Assembly (NCBI GenBank): GCA_965116885.1
Contig: OZ220741.1
Location: forward strand, 3,104,001 to 3,168,000
Reading direction: 5' to 3'
Origin: Candidatus Latescibacterota bacterium
GTDB taxonomy: Bacteria > Latescibacterota > UBA2968
Length of the DNA stretch: 64,000 nucleotides
The notes beneath the pieces were generated by a model. It was given only the letters and a program-made list of their open reading frames with translations. It ran no database searches and had not been told where the DNA came from. Positions 28,275 through 38,979 of the stretch are shown here, piece after piece (the first letter of the stretch is position 1; each line of letters opens with the position of its first letter). The translations under genes were made by a program, and so were the position numbers.

Positions 28275-29174
28275 CTACGACACCTCTGTGCGGAATAGGG
28301 GGCGAAGTTTTGCAAGGATGGCGTCGAGTTCGCGGTGGTCGTCTTCATCCATTTTTGTGGTGCCGGGCGCGCGCATGCCGCTTGTTTTGAAGATGCCCCG
28401 ACGAATGAGTACTTCTTTGACCAGGCGGAGACCGAGGATTTGGATCAGGTTGGTGAGTGGAAGGAGTTGATCGAAAAGATCGCGTGCTCTGTCTTCATCG
28501 CCTGCTTGAAAGGCATCCCATATGTCAACATGAATATCGACAACCGGGGCGCCGGGCATAAAGCCACTGGCGCCTCGTCGCATTTCTGAGATCATCCAGC
28601 GGCACCAGGCCCCGCCAAAAACGCCCTGACAGTGATCACCTGCTTCGGCGACAATGGCACTGATGTGATGTGCGCTGGGGTTGGCTTCTTCTTTGACGTA
28701 GATGAGGTGCTCAACTTCGGTGAGCAGGCGAACGAGTGCGGGAGGTTGCATGCCAGCACCTGCGTTCTGGATGAAAATGGGCAATTGTCCCGCGCTGGAA
28801 ATGGCCTCGAAGTAGCGGAGGTTTTCATCGGGTCCACCGCTGCCCATATAGGGGGGCATGGCGATGACGGCGTCGGCACCTGCGCGCCCGGCATGGGCGG
28901 CGTGTTCGGTGGCTGTGGAGATATTGGTACCGGCCACACCGGTGATGACGGGCGTGCGTTTGTCGGTTTTTTTGACGACGATTTCGACCAGGGTTTGTCG
29001 CTCTCGGTCGGAGAGATATTGAAATTCACCTCCGAGCACGGGAAAAACCAGGCCACCTGCACCTGCGGCGATGCAGAAGTCGATTTGCCGCTCCAGGCTT
29101 TCGATGTCGAAGTCACCGGATTCGGCAACGGGTGTTTGTAATACGGGCAAGATACCGCGGATGGGATCGCTCAC
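28275..29174 (-). CDS. DHDPS-family aldolase/dehydratase
   Basis: GILPVLQTP, GEFQYLSD.ER and YVKEE motifs; GTG start with AGGAG RBS. Confidence 0.88.
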   Translation of the reverse strand: MSDPIRGILPVLQTPVAESGDFDIESLERQIDFCIAAGAGGLVFPVLGGEFQYLSDRERQTLVEIVVKKTDKRTPVITGVAGTNISTATEHAAHAGRAGADAVIAMPPYMGSGGPDENLRYFEAISSAGQLPIFIQNAGAGMQPPALVRLLTEVEHLIYVKEEANPSAHHISAIVAEAGDHCQGVFGGAWCRWMISEMRRGASGFMPGAPVVDIHVDIWDAFQAGDEDRARDLFDQLLPLTNLIQILGLRLVKEVLIRRGIFKTSGMRAPGTTKMDEDDHRELDAILAKLRPLFRTEVS

Positions 29175-29206
29175 GGTGGTCTCCTGTAGGTTAGAATTGC
29201 TGGCTG

Positions 29207-31876
29207 CTAATAATCGTACGATAGCGAAATATTCCAGCGGCGCGATAGGCCGAGGAATACGCGGGCACTCGCTGCGTCGTGATTGTTGCCGTCATCTGCA
29301 TCGGACACGTAGCGTTCGTCGAGCAAATTGAAGACGTGTAATTGCAGTTTCACTTTGCCATTGCCAAATGTATTGCCGGGCAGGGTGTAGCCCGCATGCA
29401 GATTTACCAGGTTGTAATTTGGGAGTTGCCAGGATTGTTTTCGGTCGTTGGCATCTGTTCGATTGGCGGGATCAAATTTGGCGTAGTGATCCATAAAACG
29501 CCGCAGATTCAGCGAGGCGTAGAGGCCGCGTGTGGGAAATATTGTGCCGCTCAGCGCAAGGGTTTTTTGTGCCGAGTCGCCCACTTTTAGCCCTTTGGCA
29601 TAGACTTGAAAGTTGCCGATAACAGATGGGTCTTCTTCGGGGGAAAATGTGACATTGGCATCGTTGAGCCATTCCCAGTTGCCCAGCGATAACATACCGC
29701 GCACTTCCAGCATGGAATGGGGGCGCGCTTTCAGGTCGAACTCTATACCTGTGTGCCGCGCGTCGATGCCGTTTAGCAAAAATCGGAAGCTCTGGTCGAG
29801 TTTTTCGCTGTAAATGCTCTTGGGCCACGAGCGGTCTATCCATCTGGTGTAATAGAAATTTGTGTTTGCTGTCACTACGCCGCGCTTGAAATAACCAGTG
29901 CCCAGTTCAAAAGAAGCGACTTTTTCATTGAATGTGGGATCGTAGAGGCTGTTGTCATAGTGATAAACAGAGTCGAATTTGGGGGCTGTTGAAAGCCAGC
30001 CGATGTTGGCATATACATTGATTGCGGGGGTTGCGTTGTAGTTGCCGCCCACTTTTGCGGTGTAGCCTTTGAAGTTTTCCCAGTCTGTCTGATCCCAGTC
30101 GCCATTGACCTTTGCACGGAAATAGTCGATGCGTTTATAACCGGTTATGGATCCCGATGTGCTCAAAAATGCCGTAAAGTTGTTAAACCGACCTTCGAGT
30201 TGCGCAAAACCACCGCCCCAGCGCGTGAGACCGTCGTTGTGGTAGGATACTTTGTCACCGAGCCGTTTGACGGCGGTGGTGGCATTTCTATCCCAGGGAA
30301 AGACGTAATAATCGGCACCGAGCAGATTGCGTACTTCGCGCCAGTGTTGCCCTCTGTAATAGCGCAAATCTATGCCAAAGGCCAGCGTGTAGATGTCGCT
30401 CAAACGGTGTTCAGCGGTGCCCAAATATCCATACCAGAAGTGCTGGTTGACCGAGTTGCGGATGACGGTTCTTGCCGCAATTTCACTGCTGCCCACTTCA
30501 CCTGCACCTACCAGGTCGGGATGGGCTTCCGACGCTGTTTGGGTGTTTAATTCATCGGCAACGCGTTGCCAGTTGATGCTGCCATCGGGTAACGAGCGCG
30601 GGTTGGTGCCCAAACGTCCTGTGCCACCGCCTTTGCCGCGCGAGAAATAAAATACGTTGGACAGGATGAATTGTTCGTTGGGTGTCCAGTACCAGTTCAA
30701 ATTGATCTGGGGTTTGTGGTAAAAATTCTCGCGTTCCATGATGATTTCGCTGTCGCGTGCGTCGTGTACCTGGCCGTTGTAGTACTCTTGATAGGTTGAA
30801 AAAGGCGAGCGTCCCCAGTTGGGGTTGTAATCGATACCGTAGTTTCTCGCATCCGAAACATCAATGCCCAGGGATCGGGCGTAATCGGCATCAAAGGTTG
30901 CGATAGATTGCTTGTAGAGGCGATGCCCGTGGCGTTGCGGTGCGCCTACGACAAACAGGTCAATTTTTTGTGTCTCAGATGCTAAAAAGCTCAGTGCGCC
31001 AAAATAGGACCACGCCGATGTCCATGCTTGATCGGGCAGACCGTCGCCGATTTTGCGCGTGAGACCGAGAGTGAAAGCGGTTTTGTCGTTCATCAAACCC
31101 GATGAAAAATTGACTGTGGTTTTGTAAAAGGCGTTGTTCCCCGCCTCCTGTTTGATTTTGAACCCGCGCTGTTGACGGGCGATGTCGGTGACAATGTTCA
31201 TGGTGCCACCCACTGAGGCTATTGCCAGATTTGAGGCTCCCAATCCGCGCTGGACCTGGATTGATGACGTGACGTCGCTCAGCCCATCCCAGTTGGACCA
31301 ATAGACCCAGCCGTTTTCCATATCGTTGACTGGTACGCCGTTGATCATGACGGCGACGTTGCGCTGGTCAAATCCCCTCACATTGATGCGAGAATCACCA
31401 GGGCCTCCACCTTGCTCGGTTGCATAAACGCCCGGCGTATCATTCAAAATCATCGGGAGGTCGCGCGAGCCGAGTTTGCGCTCCATATCGGCTTTTGGAA
31501 CGTCTGAGAAGGCAACGGGTGTTTCGCGCAATTTGGCGCGGTCGGCAACGACGGTGACTTCTTTGCCTCGAAATGCTTCGGGTATGAGTTCTATAAATAA
31601 CTCGGCAGCATCCGCTTTTACAACGATGGCGTTGCGATATTCTTTGTATCCTACAAAACTTATGACGAGTGTATAGTTGCCTTCGCCGACTCTGCTAATC
31701 TCAAATTGCCCATCGAGATCAGCAGTAGTTCCTCGCCCAACACCTTCTAAATACACGTTTGCGCCCGGCAGGGCTTCACCGGTTTCGGCATCGCGCACTT
31801 TGCCTGTTAACTCGGCGGCAGACAGGGTTGAATGGGCCAGGAATAATAGAGCCAAAAACATAATCAGTTGCTTCAT
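29207..31876 (-). CDS. TonB-dependent receptor with N-terminal carboxypeptidase-regulatory-like domain
   Basis: GKVRDAETGEALPGANV, plug motif RGFDQRNVAVMINGVP..IQVQRG, C-terminal NLLDERY...LSYDY. Confidence 0.92.
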   Translation of the reverse strand: MKQLIMFLALLFLAHSTLSAAELTGKVRDAETGEALPGANVYLEGVGRGTTADLDGQFEISRVGEGNYTLVISFVGYKEYRNAIVVKADAAELFIELIPEAFRGKEVTVVADRAKLRETPVAFSDVPKADMERKLGSRDLPMILNDTPGVYATEQGGGPGDSRINVRGFDQRNVAVMINGVPVNDMENGWVYWSNWDGLSDVTSSIQVQRGLGASNLAIASVGGTMNIVTDIARQQRGFKIKQEAGNNAFYKTTVNFSSGLMNDKTAFTLGLTRKIGDGLPDQAWTSAWSYFGALSFLASETQKIDLFVVGAPQRHGHRLYKQSIATFDADYARSLGIDVSDARNYGIDYNPNWGRSPFSTYQEYYNGQVHDARDSEIIMERENFYHKPQINLNWYWTPNEQFILSNVFYFSRGKGGGTGRLGTNPRSLPDGSINWQRVADELNTQTASEAHPDLVGAGEVGSSEIAARTVIRNSVNQHFWYGYLGTAEHRLSDIYTLAFGIDLRYYRGQHWREVRNLLGADYYVFPWDRNATTAVKRLGDKVSYHNDGLTRWGGGFAQLEGRFNNFTAFLSTSGSITGYKRIDYFRAKVNGDWDQTDWENFKGYTAKVGGNYNATPAINVYANIGWLSTAPKFDSVYHYDNSLYDPTFNEKVASFELGTGYFKRGVVTANTNFYYTRWIDRSWPKSIYSEKLDQSFRFLLNGIDARHTGIEFDLKARPHSMLEVRGMLSLGNWEWLNDANVTFSPEEDPSVIGNFQVYAKGLKVGDSAQKTLALSGTIFPTRGLYASLNLRRFMDHYAKFDPANRTDANDRKQSWQLPNYNLVNLHAGYTLPGNTFGNGKVKLQLHVFNLLDERYVSDADDGNNHDAASARVFLGLSRRWNISLSYDY

Positions 31877-31960
31877 ATTGTATCTCCTTAAAAAATGGGA
31901 CACATACGCTATGTGCGGCGTATTGGACGCTGTTGTTGTGCTAATATATACAATTTTATA

Positions 31961-32860
31961 TTAAAATTCACGATCTGGTACTTTCCAGTTGGCGTACCAG
32001 ACAGAGTTTTCCGGGAGCGTGGCGTCGTCCGACCAGGCTGTTTGCATGGTGCGGAAGTTGGGCAGTTCGGGACGGATAACGGTTTCCCAGATGTGTTCGA
32101 CCTGGTCAAAGGTGCGTAGTTTTTGTGTGGGTTTTTCCGATTCATACGCGGCGAGTAATTCCCTAACTTTGTTGCCGAGCCACTCGGTTTCATCATTGAC
32201 CATGCGTTCGCCAATTTTGCGGTTGGATTCGCGGGCGTTTTTGCCCATGGCAAAGTGCGGACCGGGTTCGCTTTCGGACGGTAAACGCGAGATATCGACA
32301 CAGTCGGGTTCAATGGCCCATAGAAGTGAGGTTTCGACTTTTCCCGCGTGGTCGCCACCGCTGTTGTTGTCATTGTCAAAGCCGGGTTGGTTGGCTTCAA
32401 AGTCGGGCAGGCTATACAAGCGCAGGCCTACATGGGGTTGGATGAGTTCACAGAGGATTTTCAGGTCTTGCCAGTTGGGCCCGTAGTGCCCGGTGAGGAA
32501 GATGGCCGCGTGAAAGCCGAGGATGTCGGCCTGACGGATGTGATAGCAGATGTTTTTGAAGTGTTGCCAGGGCGGCATACAGGTTAGCCAGGATCGTTCG
32601 GGTTGGCCGACCGAGCGTTCTGACCAGAGGGCATAGCCCCCAATTTCGTGGATATGCCAGTAGTCGGGCGGGGCGACGATGCCGCCGTGTTTATGCGCGG
32701 TGCGAACGGCAATGCCGTGGGCTTTGAGGGCGTCGAGTCCCACGGCATTTTGTGGGCCGTGTGGTTCGCACAGGCCATAGGGGAAATAGACGACTGGACA
32801 GGTTTTGAATGCGGCTTCGAGTTCATCGGGGAACATGCGCTCCCAGCGTACGTCTCTCAC
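31961..32860 (-). CDS. Creatininase/creatinine amidohydrolase family protein
   Basis: EPHGP...GLD, TGHYG and DHAGKVETS motifs. Confidence 0.85.
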   Translation of the reverse strand: MRDVRWERMFPDELEAAFKTCPVVYFPYGLCEPHGPQNAVGLDALKAHGIAVRTAHKHGGIVAPPDYWHIHEIGGYALWSERSVGQPERSWLTCMPPWQHFKNICYHIRQADILGFHAAIFLTGHYGPNWQDLKILCELIQPHVGLRLYSLPDFEANQPGFDNDNNSGGDHAGKVETSLLWAIEPDCVDISRLPSESEPGPHFAMGKNARESNRKIGERMVNDETEWLGNKVRELLAAYESEKPTQKLRTFDQVEHIWETVIRPELPNFRTMQTAWSDDATLPENSVWYANWKVPDREF

Positions 32861-32894
32861 GGCGGAGTACTCCTTTTGAAAAATTGGAATGAAG

Positions 32895-35258
32895 CTATAA
32901 TTCCAAATCGTGGTGCAGTTTTAGTTGGGCGATAAATTCTGGTGTGAGTGTGGTTCCCGAGTTTTTGAGATGGTTTATGACATCGTTACCGAGTGTTGTG
33001 TTGAGATGGTAGTGCTGTACAGATTCGTTGATTTTGACAAAGCCCATGTGGTTCATCAGGTCCGGGTTCATTGTGCCGTTGACGATAGGCGCGTGGAGAG
33101 TGCAGTTGGTGAAGCGCGTGCCCAACGTGCTTTGCAAAATGTAAAATTGCTCTGGAACCTTTGCCACATCGGGTTGGAGATGGCACTCGGTAAATACGAG
33201 TTCGCCTCGCAAATTTAGCGCGGTTATGGTATTCAGACTACACCGTTCAAAAGTCGCGCTGGCAATGCAGTTGCCCAGATATGCGCTAATATTTTCACAG
33301 TCGGTAAATCGCATTTTGGGATAGAGGGCGAGTGCATCGGCATAGTCGGTCGCCGATGTTCCACCGATGAGGATATGCACCTGTTCGTCATCGTCGGCAA
33401 TTTCCTGGGTGAATTTTTCGAGTTGGACATTGTCGCAGATGATGCTGCTGTTGGCGTGGAGTCGCGTGCCATCATAGCTGCCATTGCGGCGCAGGTCGTA
33501 GTGGTGGGGATTGGGTATGCGGATGAGGCGGACGCCCTGTTTTCTGCCTTCGACGGTGATGTTGCGAAATTCAATGCGATGGGGAAAGAAGAGGCGGGCA
33601 TTGTTTTTGGTTTTGGAAAAGGAAACGGTGTCCATGAGCCAGCACGGTGCATTTGATTTAGATGCAGCGCTGTAATCGATGAGCAGGTCTTCGATGGTGA
33701 CGGTGCGTGCAAAGCCTATGGGATACTGGTAGTCGAAATCGGACGGACGACAGGATAGGACAGAAACGCGGCCATTGCCACTGGGCATTAACCGACAGCC
33801 GCGGATGCGTATGTGCCCGTCCCATTTGGCTCCATAGTCGCGTCGAAAATTGACAAAATAGTTGCCGTGGCGTGTGGTGTTTTCGATTACCAATTCACCG
33901 CCGCCTGTCAGGGCGATGCCTTTGAAGCCAATGGTGCAGTTGCTGATGTAGAGGTTCCAGCAGTGAAAATGCACATCGATGCGGTTGAGGCGGCAGTTTT
34001 CAAAGCGGAAGTTTTTGTTGAGGTTGGTGCCAAAAACACCCCAGGCAACCCAGCCACCTTCTGCGGTGATGTTGCGAAAGGTGCAATTGAGCATCCGCGC
34101 ACCGCCAATACCATAGGTGCCCGCACCGAGCACTTTACCTTCTTCTTCGCGATTTTTCTCCCAGGGCATTGCGCGGATATTTTCCAGTGTGACATCGTAA
34201 ACACCGCTGAATACGTAAAAGCCGCGACGGGGATGCATGGAGATATCGCGTTTCCCCTTTTCCAGACCCATCCATTGTTCGCGGATAATGGTTCGGCTGC
34301 GTTTTACGGAGATACCGTGGTGGTGATACCGCCAGGACCTACCGCTTCCGCTGTCGCCAGAAAAGTAAAATCCGCCGCCTTCGACGATGAGGTAATTGTC
34401 GTTGCAGGGTATGGCGGTGATGTCGGTAAAGTTTTTGAATTCCCAGGCTATATCGCCAATGATGCGGCCCTCTTCTTCAACATAGAATAGTTCTTCGCGC
34501 CCCCATCCCGCCTTTGAATAATTGCCTGCCCGGATACCTATGCGATCATCGTCATCTTCGGCGATGATGAGGTGGCCTGCATATTGTGCCAGTTCGGGAA
34601 TGAGTTGCACGCCGGGTTTTAATTTTTCCAATAAAGCGGCTTTAATAGTTTCGTCTCGCGTGAGTTTTTTTGACGGGTGATCATTGAGAATTTCAAAGCG
34701 CGGCTCCCTTTGGCTGTTGTACTGTTCATCTATGTGAAAAGTGGTTTGTCCCCATGAGACGTTGGTTTTGATGGGTATATCATTGGTTTGCAAGATCCAA
34801 TATTCGCCGTTTAAATTCACAATTGGGACTTTGTGTGCATTGGCGTATTTATGCGCCAGGGTTATTTGGACGCCATCGTCGTTTTTACCGTCGCCAATCG
34901 CCCCAAACATTTTGTAGTTCACGGCTTTGTTTTCGTGTAAAATGGCGACTAATCCATTGTCCAATGCCATAACGTCGGCATCGTTTGGTTGGATATTTGT
35001 ATCTGTTTTTTTGATGTGATACAGGGCTGCGCCTCCATCGCCAGGGGTGTAAAAACCCGCGGTTTCTACCCATTCGCCTTCGCGGATTTCGGGCGAGGAT
35101 TTCATAGCTTGTACGGTGGGGTAGCGCGTTATGGTTGCACTATTTGTTGTGTTCACGGCGACCTCCTGAGACAATGCGTGCTGTGTGAGGACAATGCCAC
35201 TGATACCAATGCCAGCGAGTGCTTTGCGTCTGGATAATTTATTTGGTTGTTCAGGCAT
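32895..35258 (-). CDS. Tat-exported protein with tailspike/pectate-lyase-like N-terminus and predicted beta-helix
   Basis: SRRKAL Tat signal; TAGFYTPGDGGAALY and VNYKMFGAIGDGKNDD motifs; repeated F.N/ENC beta-helix-like segments. Confidence 0.6.
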   Translation of the reverse strand: MPEQPNKLSRRKALAGIGISGIVLTQHALSQEVAVNTTNSATITRYPTVQAMKSSPEIREGEWVETAGFYTPGDGGAALYHIKKTDTNIQPNDADVMALDNGLVAILHENKAVNYKMFGAIGDGKNDDGVQITLAHKYANAHKVPIVNLNGEYWILQTNDIPIKTNVSWGQTTFHIDEQYNSQREPRFEILNDHPSKKLTRDETIKAALLEKLKPGVQLIPELAQYAGHLIIAEDDDDRIGIRAGNYSKAGWGREELFYVEEEGRIIGDIAWEFKNFTDITAIPCNDNYLIVEGGGFYFSGDSGSGRSWRYHHHGISVKRSRTIIREQWMGLEKGKRDISMHPRRGFYVFSGVYDVTLENIRAMPWEKNREEEGKVLGAGTYGIGGARMLNCTFRNITAEGGWVAWGVFGTNLNKNFRFENCRLNRIDVHFHCWNLYISNCTIGFKGIALTGGGELVIENTTRHGNYFVNFRRDYGAKWDGHIRIRGCRLMPSGNGRVSVLSCRPSDFDYQYPIGFARTVTIEDLLIDYSAASKSNAPCWLMDTVSFSKTKNNARLFFPHRIEFRNITVEGRKQGVRLIRIPNPHHYDLRRNGSYDGTRLHANSSIICDNVQLEKFTQEIADDDEQVHILIGGTSATDYADALALYPKMRFTDCENISAYLGNCIASATFERCSLNTITALNLRGELVFTECHLQPDVAKVPEQFYILQSTLGTRFTNCTLHAPIVNGTMNPDLMNHMGFVKINESVQHYHLNTTLGNDVINHLKNSGTTLTPEFIAQLKLHHDLEL

Positions 35259-35278
35259 GATTTTTCCCTATATGTTTT

Positions 35279-36325
35279 TTATTGCACTTTACCGCGTCCA
35301 GCAACTTTCCATACGTGTTCTACATTGCCATTTCGCACGGCATAGACTTTGTCGTGGAGGTTGGTGGTCATGCCCTGATGCAAGGGGATGACGGAGATGC
35401 GGTCGCCTACGGTGAAGGTGTGGTTGCATTCTGATATATCGACGTGACCGTGTTCGACGGACATGCCGTAGATTTTGGCATTGGGGTGTTCAACGATGTG
35501 TCCATAAGGGGTGGGGGCATAACTGGTGAATGTTTTTTGGCCGCCATCGATGATGACGCGGTCGGGTGTGGGTGTGCTGACGATGGTGACTATCATGCGT
35601 TCGGCACAGGTGATGGGGTTGGGCGGGTTGTGTTCGCGGTTGATACGACGCAGACCTTCAAAGACGTAGGATCCAATGCGGGTTTCGGTGCAGCCTATGG
35701 CTTTGGAAACTTCGGCAGTGCCCGTGCCGCCTCCGCTGATGGTGTTGAGTGCGATGCCCGCGCTTTGAAGCAGGTCGCGCGTTTGGCCGATGAAGGCTTT
35801 GGCGCGTTCGTTGCTGGGATAGGTCATGATGCCCTGAAACTGAAGGCCGGGCATGGTTGTCACTTTCTGCGCGAGTTCAAGCGCGGCTTTGGGCGATTGT
35901 ACGCCGCAGCGATTGCCTCCGGTGTCGCATTCGATGAGGATGTTGATGGTGGCGTTGTTTTCTGTTGCGCCATCGGATAGACCACGCGCGGTGATTTCCG
36001 AATCGACGGCGACGGTCATGGTGGCGCGTTTACACAGTTCGGCGAGGCGTTTGACTTTGATGGGTCCGACGATATTGTAGGGAATGAGGATGTCGGAAAT
36101 GCCCGCTTCAACCATGGCTTCGGCTTCGCCCACTTTTTGGCAGACTATGCCAATGGCTCCCGCAGCGAGTTGCATTCTGGCGATTTCGGGGATTTTGTGC
36201 GTTTTGGTGTGTACGCGCAGGGGAATGTCGCATTTGTCACACGCTTCTTGCGTTTCTCGAATATTTTTTTCGAGGATATCGAGGTCGATGGTGAGCGCGG
36301 GCGTGTCGAGGTCGTGTATGGTCAT
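35279..36325 (-). CDS. Fold-type III PLP enzyme (D-threonine aldolase/D-serine dehydratase-like)
   Basis: DTPAL.IDLD, RVHTKTHK, RCGV, SGGGT and SVEHG motifs. Confidence 0.88.
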   Translation of the reverse strand: MTIHDLDTPALTIDLDILEKNIRETQEACDKCDIPLRVHTKTHKIPEIARMQLAAGAIGIVCQKVGEAEAMVEAGISDILIPYNIVGPIKVKRLAELCKRATMTVAVDSEITARGLSDGATENNATINILIECDTGGNRCGVQSPKAALELAQKVTTMPGLQFQGIMTYPSNERAKAFIGQTRDLLQSAGIALNTISGGGTGTAEVSKAIGCTETRIGSYVFEGLRRINREHNPPNPITCAERMIVTIVSTPTPDRVIIDGGQKTFTSYAPTPYGHIVEHPNAKIYGMSVEHGHVDISECNHTFTVGDRISVIPLHQGMTTNLHDKVYAVRNGNVEHVWKVAGRGKVQ

Positions 36326-36544
36326 GGCAATATCTGTTATTACAGGGTGAGAGATGGTGTTGTGCATGAAGAGGCAATGTACGTTGGTCTGAACAGGGCG
36401 TCAAGCGATTGTAAATATGTTTAATCTCACCGATAGCGAAAGAGGTCTGCGTTGACAAGGTGAAAGACGTTGTGTTATTTATGTGGTCAAGATTTACTGG
36501 CGTTGTAATGTTGGGTTGATCGTTAACTTAATTGAGGAGGCAAA

Positions 36545-37624
36545 ATGGCAGATAAATTGAAGGTGGGTATTGTCGGGGTGGGAGGTATTGCGCGGACGCA
36601 TATTCCGGGTTGGCAGGCTTCGGAACACGCCGAATTGGTGGCCGGAAGCGATATTAGCGAAGATGTGTTGAATACGTGGGGCGAACAATACGGTGTGAAA
36701 AAGCTGTATGTGAATCCTGAAGATTTGTTTGCCGATCCAGAGATCGATATCGTGGATGTGTGTACACCAAATAATTATCATGCGCCACTATCTATCGGCG
36801 CGCTGAATGCGGGTAAACACGTGATTTGTGAAAAGCCACTGGCACCCAGCCCCCAATTGGTGAAAGATATGCTTGCTGCACGCGACCGGTCGGGCAAGTT
36901 GTTGATGTGCGCGCAGTCGTCGCGGTTTGCGGGGTCATCTCTGGCGATGAAGAGGGAATTGGATACCGGGGTTTTGGGAAATGTGTATCACGCGCGATGC
37001 TGGATGTTGCGGCGGTCAGGGGTGCCCGCGCGACCGGGTTTTATTATGAAAAAGCACAGTGGTGGCGGGCCGTGTATCGATATTGGGGTTCACGTTTTGG
37101 ATTTGACTCTGTGGTTGATGGGCAATCCCAATCCCGTAGCTGTAACGGGTGTGGCGAAGGCGGAGTTGGCGCATCAGGAAGGTGCGTTCAGTACGATGGG
37201 GCGCAGCGGTGGTGCGATTCCCGAAGAATTTGATGTGGAGGATTTTGCAGCGGCTTTTGTGCGGTTTGAAAATGGGGCTTCGCTTATTCTGGAGACGAGC
37301 TGGATGTTGCATCAAGGTCCCCCGTCAGAACGGCAGATATGGCTTTACGGTACGAAGGGTGGAGCGCATTTGCCCAGTTGTGAGATTTATTATTCGGATT
37401 CCAGGACACAGCAACATCAGAAATACGCATTGCAAGATACGGGAGATATCGCCAAAGCGCATGCGCTGGAATGTATGACGTTTGCCGAGGCGATTGTAGA
37501 GGGCAGACCGTCGCCAGTACCGGCTGAGCAGTCGCTGCAGGTGATGGCGATTTTGGATGGGATTTATCGCAGTGAGGAGGAGGGGCGCGAAGTGGATATA
37601 TCGGGAGATGCGACAGTTGATTAA
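36545..37624 (+). CDS. Gfo/Idh/MocA family oxidoreductase
   Basis: GIVGVGGIA, CEKPLA and GGGPCIDIGVH motifs. Confidence 0.92.
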   Translation: MADKLKVGIVGVGGIARTHIPGWQASEHAELVAGSDISEDVLNTWGEQYGVKKLYVNPEDLFADPEIDIVDVCTPNNYHAPLSIGALNAGKHVICEKPLAPSPQLVKDMLAARDRSGKLLMCAQSSRFAGSSLAMKRELDTGVLGNVYHARCWMLRRSGVPARPGFIMKKHSGGGPCIDIGVHVLDLTLWLMGNPNPVAVTGVAKAELAHQEGAFSTMGRSGGAIPEEFDVEDFAAAFVRFENGASLILETSWMLHQGPPSERQIWLYGTKGGAHLPSCEIYYSDSRTQQHQKYALQDTGDIAKAHALECMTFAEAIVEGRPSPVPAEQSLQVMAILDGIYRSEEEGREVDISGDATVD

Positions 37625-38937
37625 TAAACTTTGTCGTCTTTGTCTTTCTTTTTAAGGGTATTTTCCCATCGGCGTTCGGGAGATTGAGGCGCGCGATCGA
37701 TGAGTTTGTTGGGTCTGCCCATCTGTTTTACCAGAACAAAGGCATCGTAGAGTTCACCCACTGCGGTCATTGCGCGGTAGCTCAGGGTGTCGTCCGAGAC
37801 GGTGATAACCTGATAAAGTTGTGTGTTTTCTCCACCGCGCGTCATCCAGCGGTCTTTTCTGAGTTTGAGTTGTTTGGGTCCGCTGACCGATACGACATAA
37901 ACTGTACCTTTGGTTGAGTCGCGCACGGTTGCGCTGTTGCCGATGTTGTTTCCTCGGGCATACGTGTGATTGTGACCCTGGAGCACCAGATCGACGGCGT
38001 ATTTGTCAAAGATGGGTTTCCACGCTTCGCGCTGGTCTTTATTGGCGCGGCCTCCCGCCGAAAAGATGGGATGATGGAATGTGACAAAGGTCCATTTATT
38101 GGGATTGTTTTTCAGTACTTGTTCCAACCAGGGTGCCTGTTCTTTGTAGCGTTCATTGGAATTGAGCGAGATGATGCGGGCACCCTGATAGTCTGTGTAA
38201 TAGGTCGTTTCCGCAAAGCCTTTGGGACCATTTTGGGGCAGGGTGAATTGTGGACGCCATAGAACAGATAGGCGACGTTTGCTCACATCTTGATAGTTAG
38301 AGTATTCGTTATTCCCCGGCGTAGGAATGCTGGGGATTTTTGCATGGATCCAGTTACCAGATTCAAACCATTCATGCCAGGCGCTATCTTTGTTGGGATA
38401 ATCGACGAGATCGCCTGCGTGGATGATGAAATCAGCGTAGGGTGCGTCGAGCACAGCGGTCCGGATGGTGCGTGCCCACAGGGACAGCAGGTTGTTTTGT
38501 GCATCGCCAAGGTAGATGAAGGTGAATTTATCTGGTTCGGCAGAGGCTGTGCGAAATTGATACCAGGAACTCCAGATGTCGCCACTGCCCACGCGATAGG
38601 CATAGAGGGTGTTGGGTTTGAGGTCCTTGAATATGACCGAATGGAAATGGGCGACAAGTCTGTTGCGTTTCCATTTTTCAGTGTGCGCTGTTTCGCTCCT
38701 GGCCCATGTGGTAAAATTGGCCGAGGCATTGGCTTCTGCGATCTGGCCTTCAGCTTGTGTGATGCTCGTGTCGGTGCGCCATGTGACCGATGCCGTGGTG
38801 GCGGGGTCTCCCGACCAGGTGAGTACTATGCGGTCGGGGATTTTTTTAGGCGCGCGATCTACGGCAGCACGGTGATGTTCGTTTGCATAAGTCGGGGCTG
38901 TGAACAGGAGCAGAAGGATGATACAGACCAGGCGCAT
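37621..38937 (-). CDS. Purple-acid-phosphatase-like metallophosphoesterase with FN3 domain (paralogue with altered active site)
   Basis: GDAQ, HAGDLV, GNNE, FHHP and GHNH motifs; signal peptide. Confidence 0.88.
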   Translation of the reverse strand: MRLVCIILLLLFTAPTYANEHHRAAVDRAPKKIPDRIVLTWSGDPATTASVTWRTDTSITQAEGQIAEANASANFTTWARSETAHTEKWKRNRLVAHFHSVIFKDLKPNTLYAYRVGSGDIWSSWYQFRTASAEPDKFTFIYLGDAQNNLLSLWARTIRTAVLDAPYADFIIHAGDLVDYPNKDSAWHEWFESGNWIHAKIPSIPTPGNNEYSNYQDVSKRRLSVLWRPQFTLPQNGPKGFAETTYYTDYQGARIISLNSNERYKEQAPWLEQVLKNNPNKWTFVTFHHPIFSAGGRANKDQREAWKPIFDKYAVDLVLQGHNHTYARGNNIGNSATVRDSTKGTVYVVSVSGPKQLKLRKDRWMTRGGENTQLYQVITVSDDTLSYRAMTAVGELYDAFVLVKQMGRPNKLIDRAPQSPERRWENTLKKKDKDDKVY

Positions 38938-38979
38938 GGAGTTCTCTGAGTGAGAATTTTTACAAAGACCACTAATTGA

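Noticed and set aside
32895..35258. Prophage, based on the tailspike-like motifs
   Set aside because: The protein has a Tat signal, and there are no structural, terminase or integrase genes nearby.
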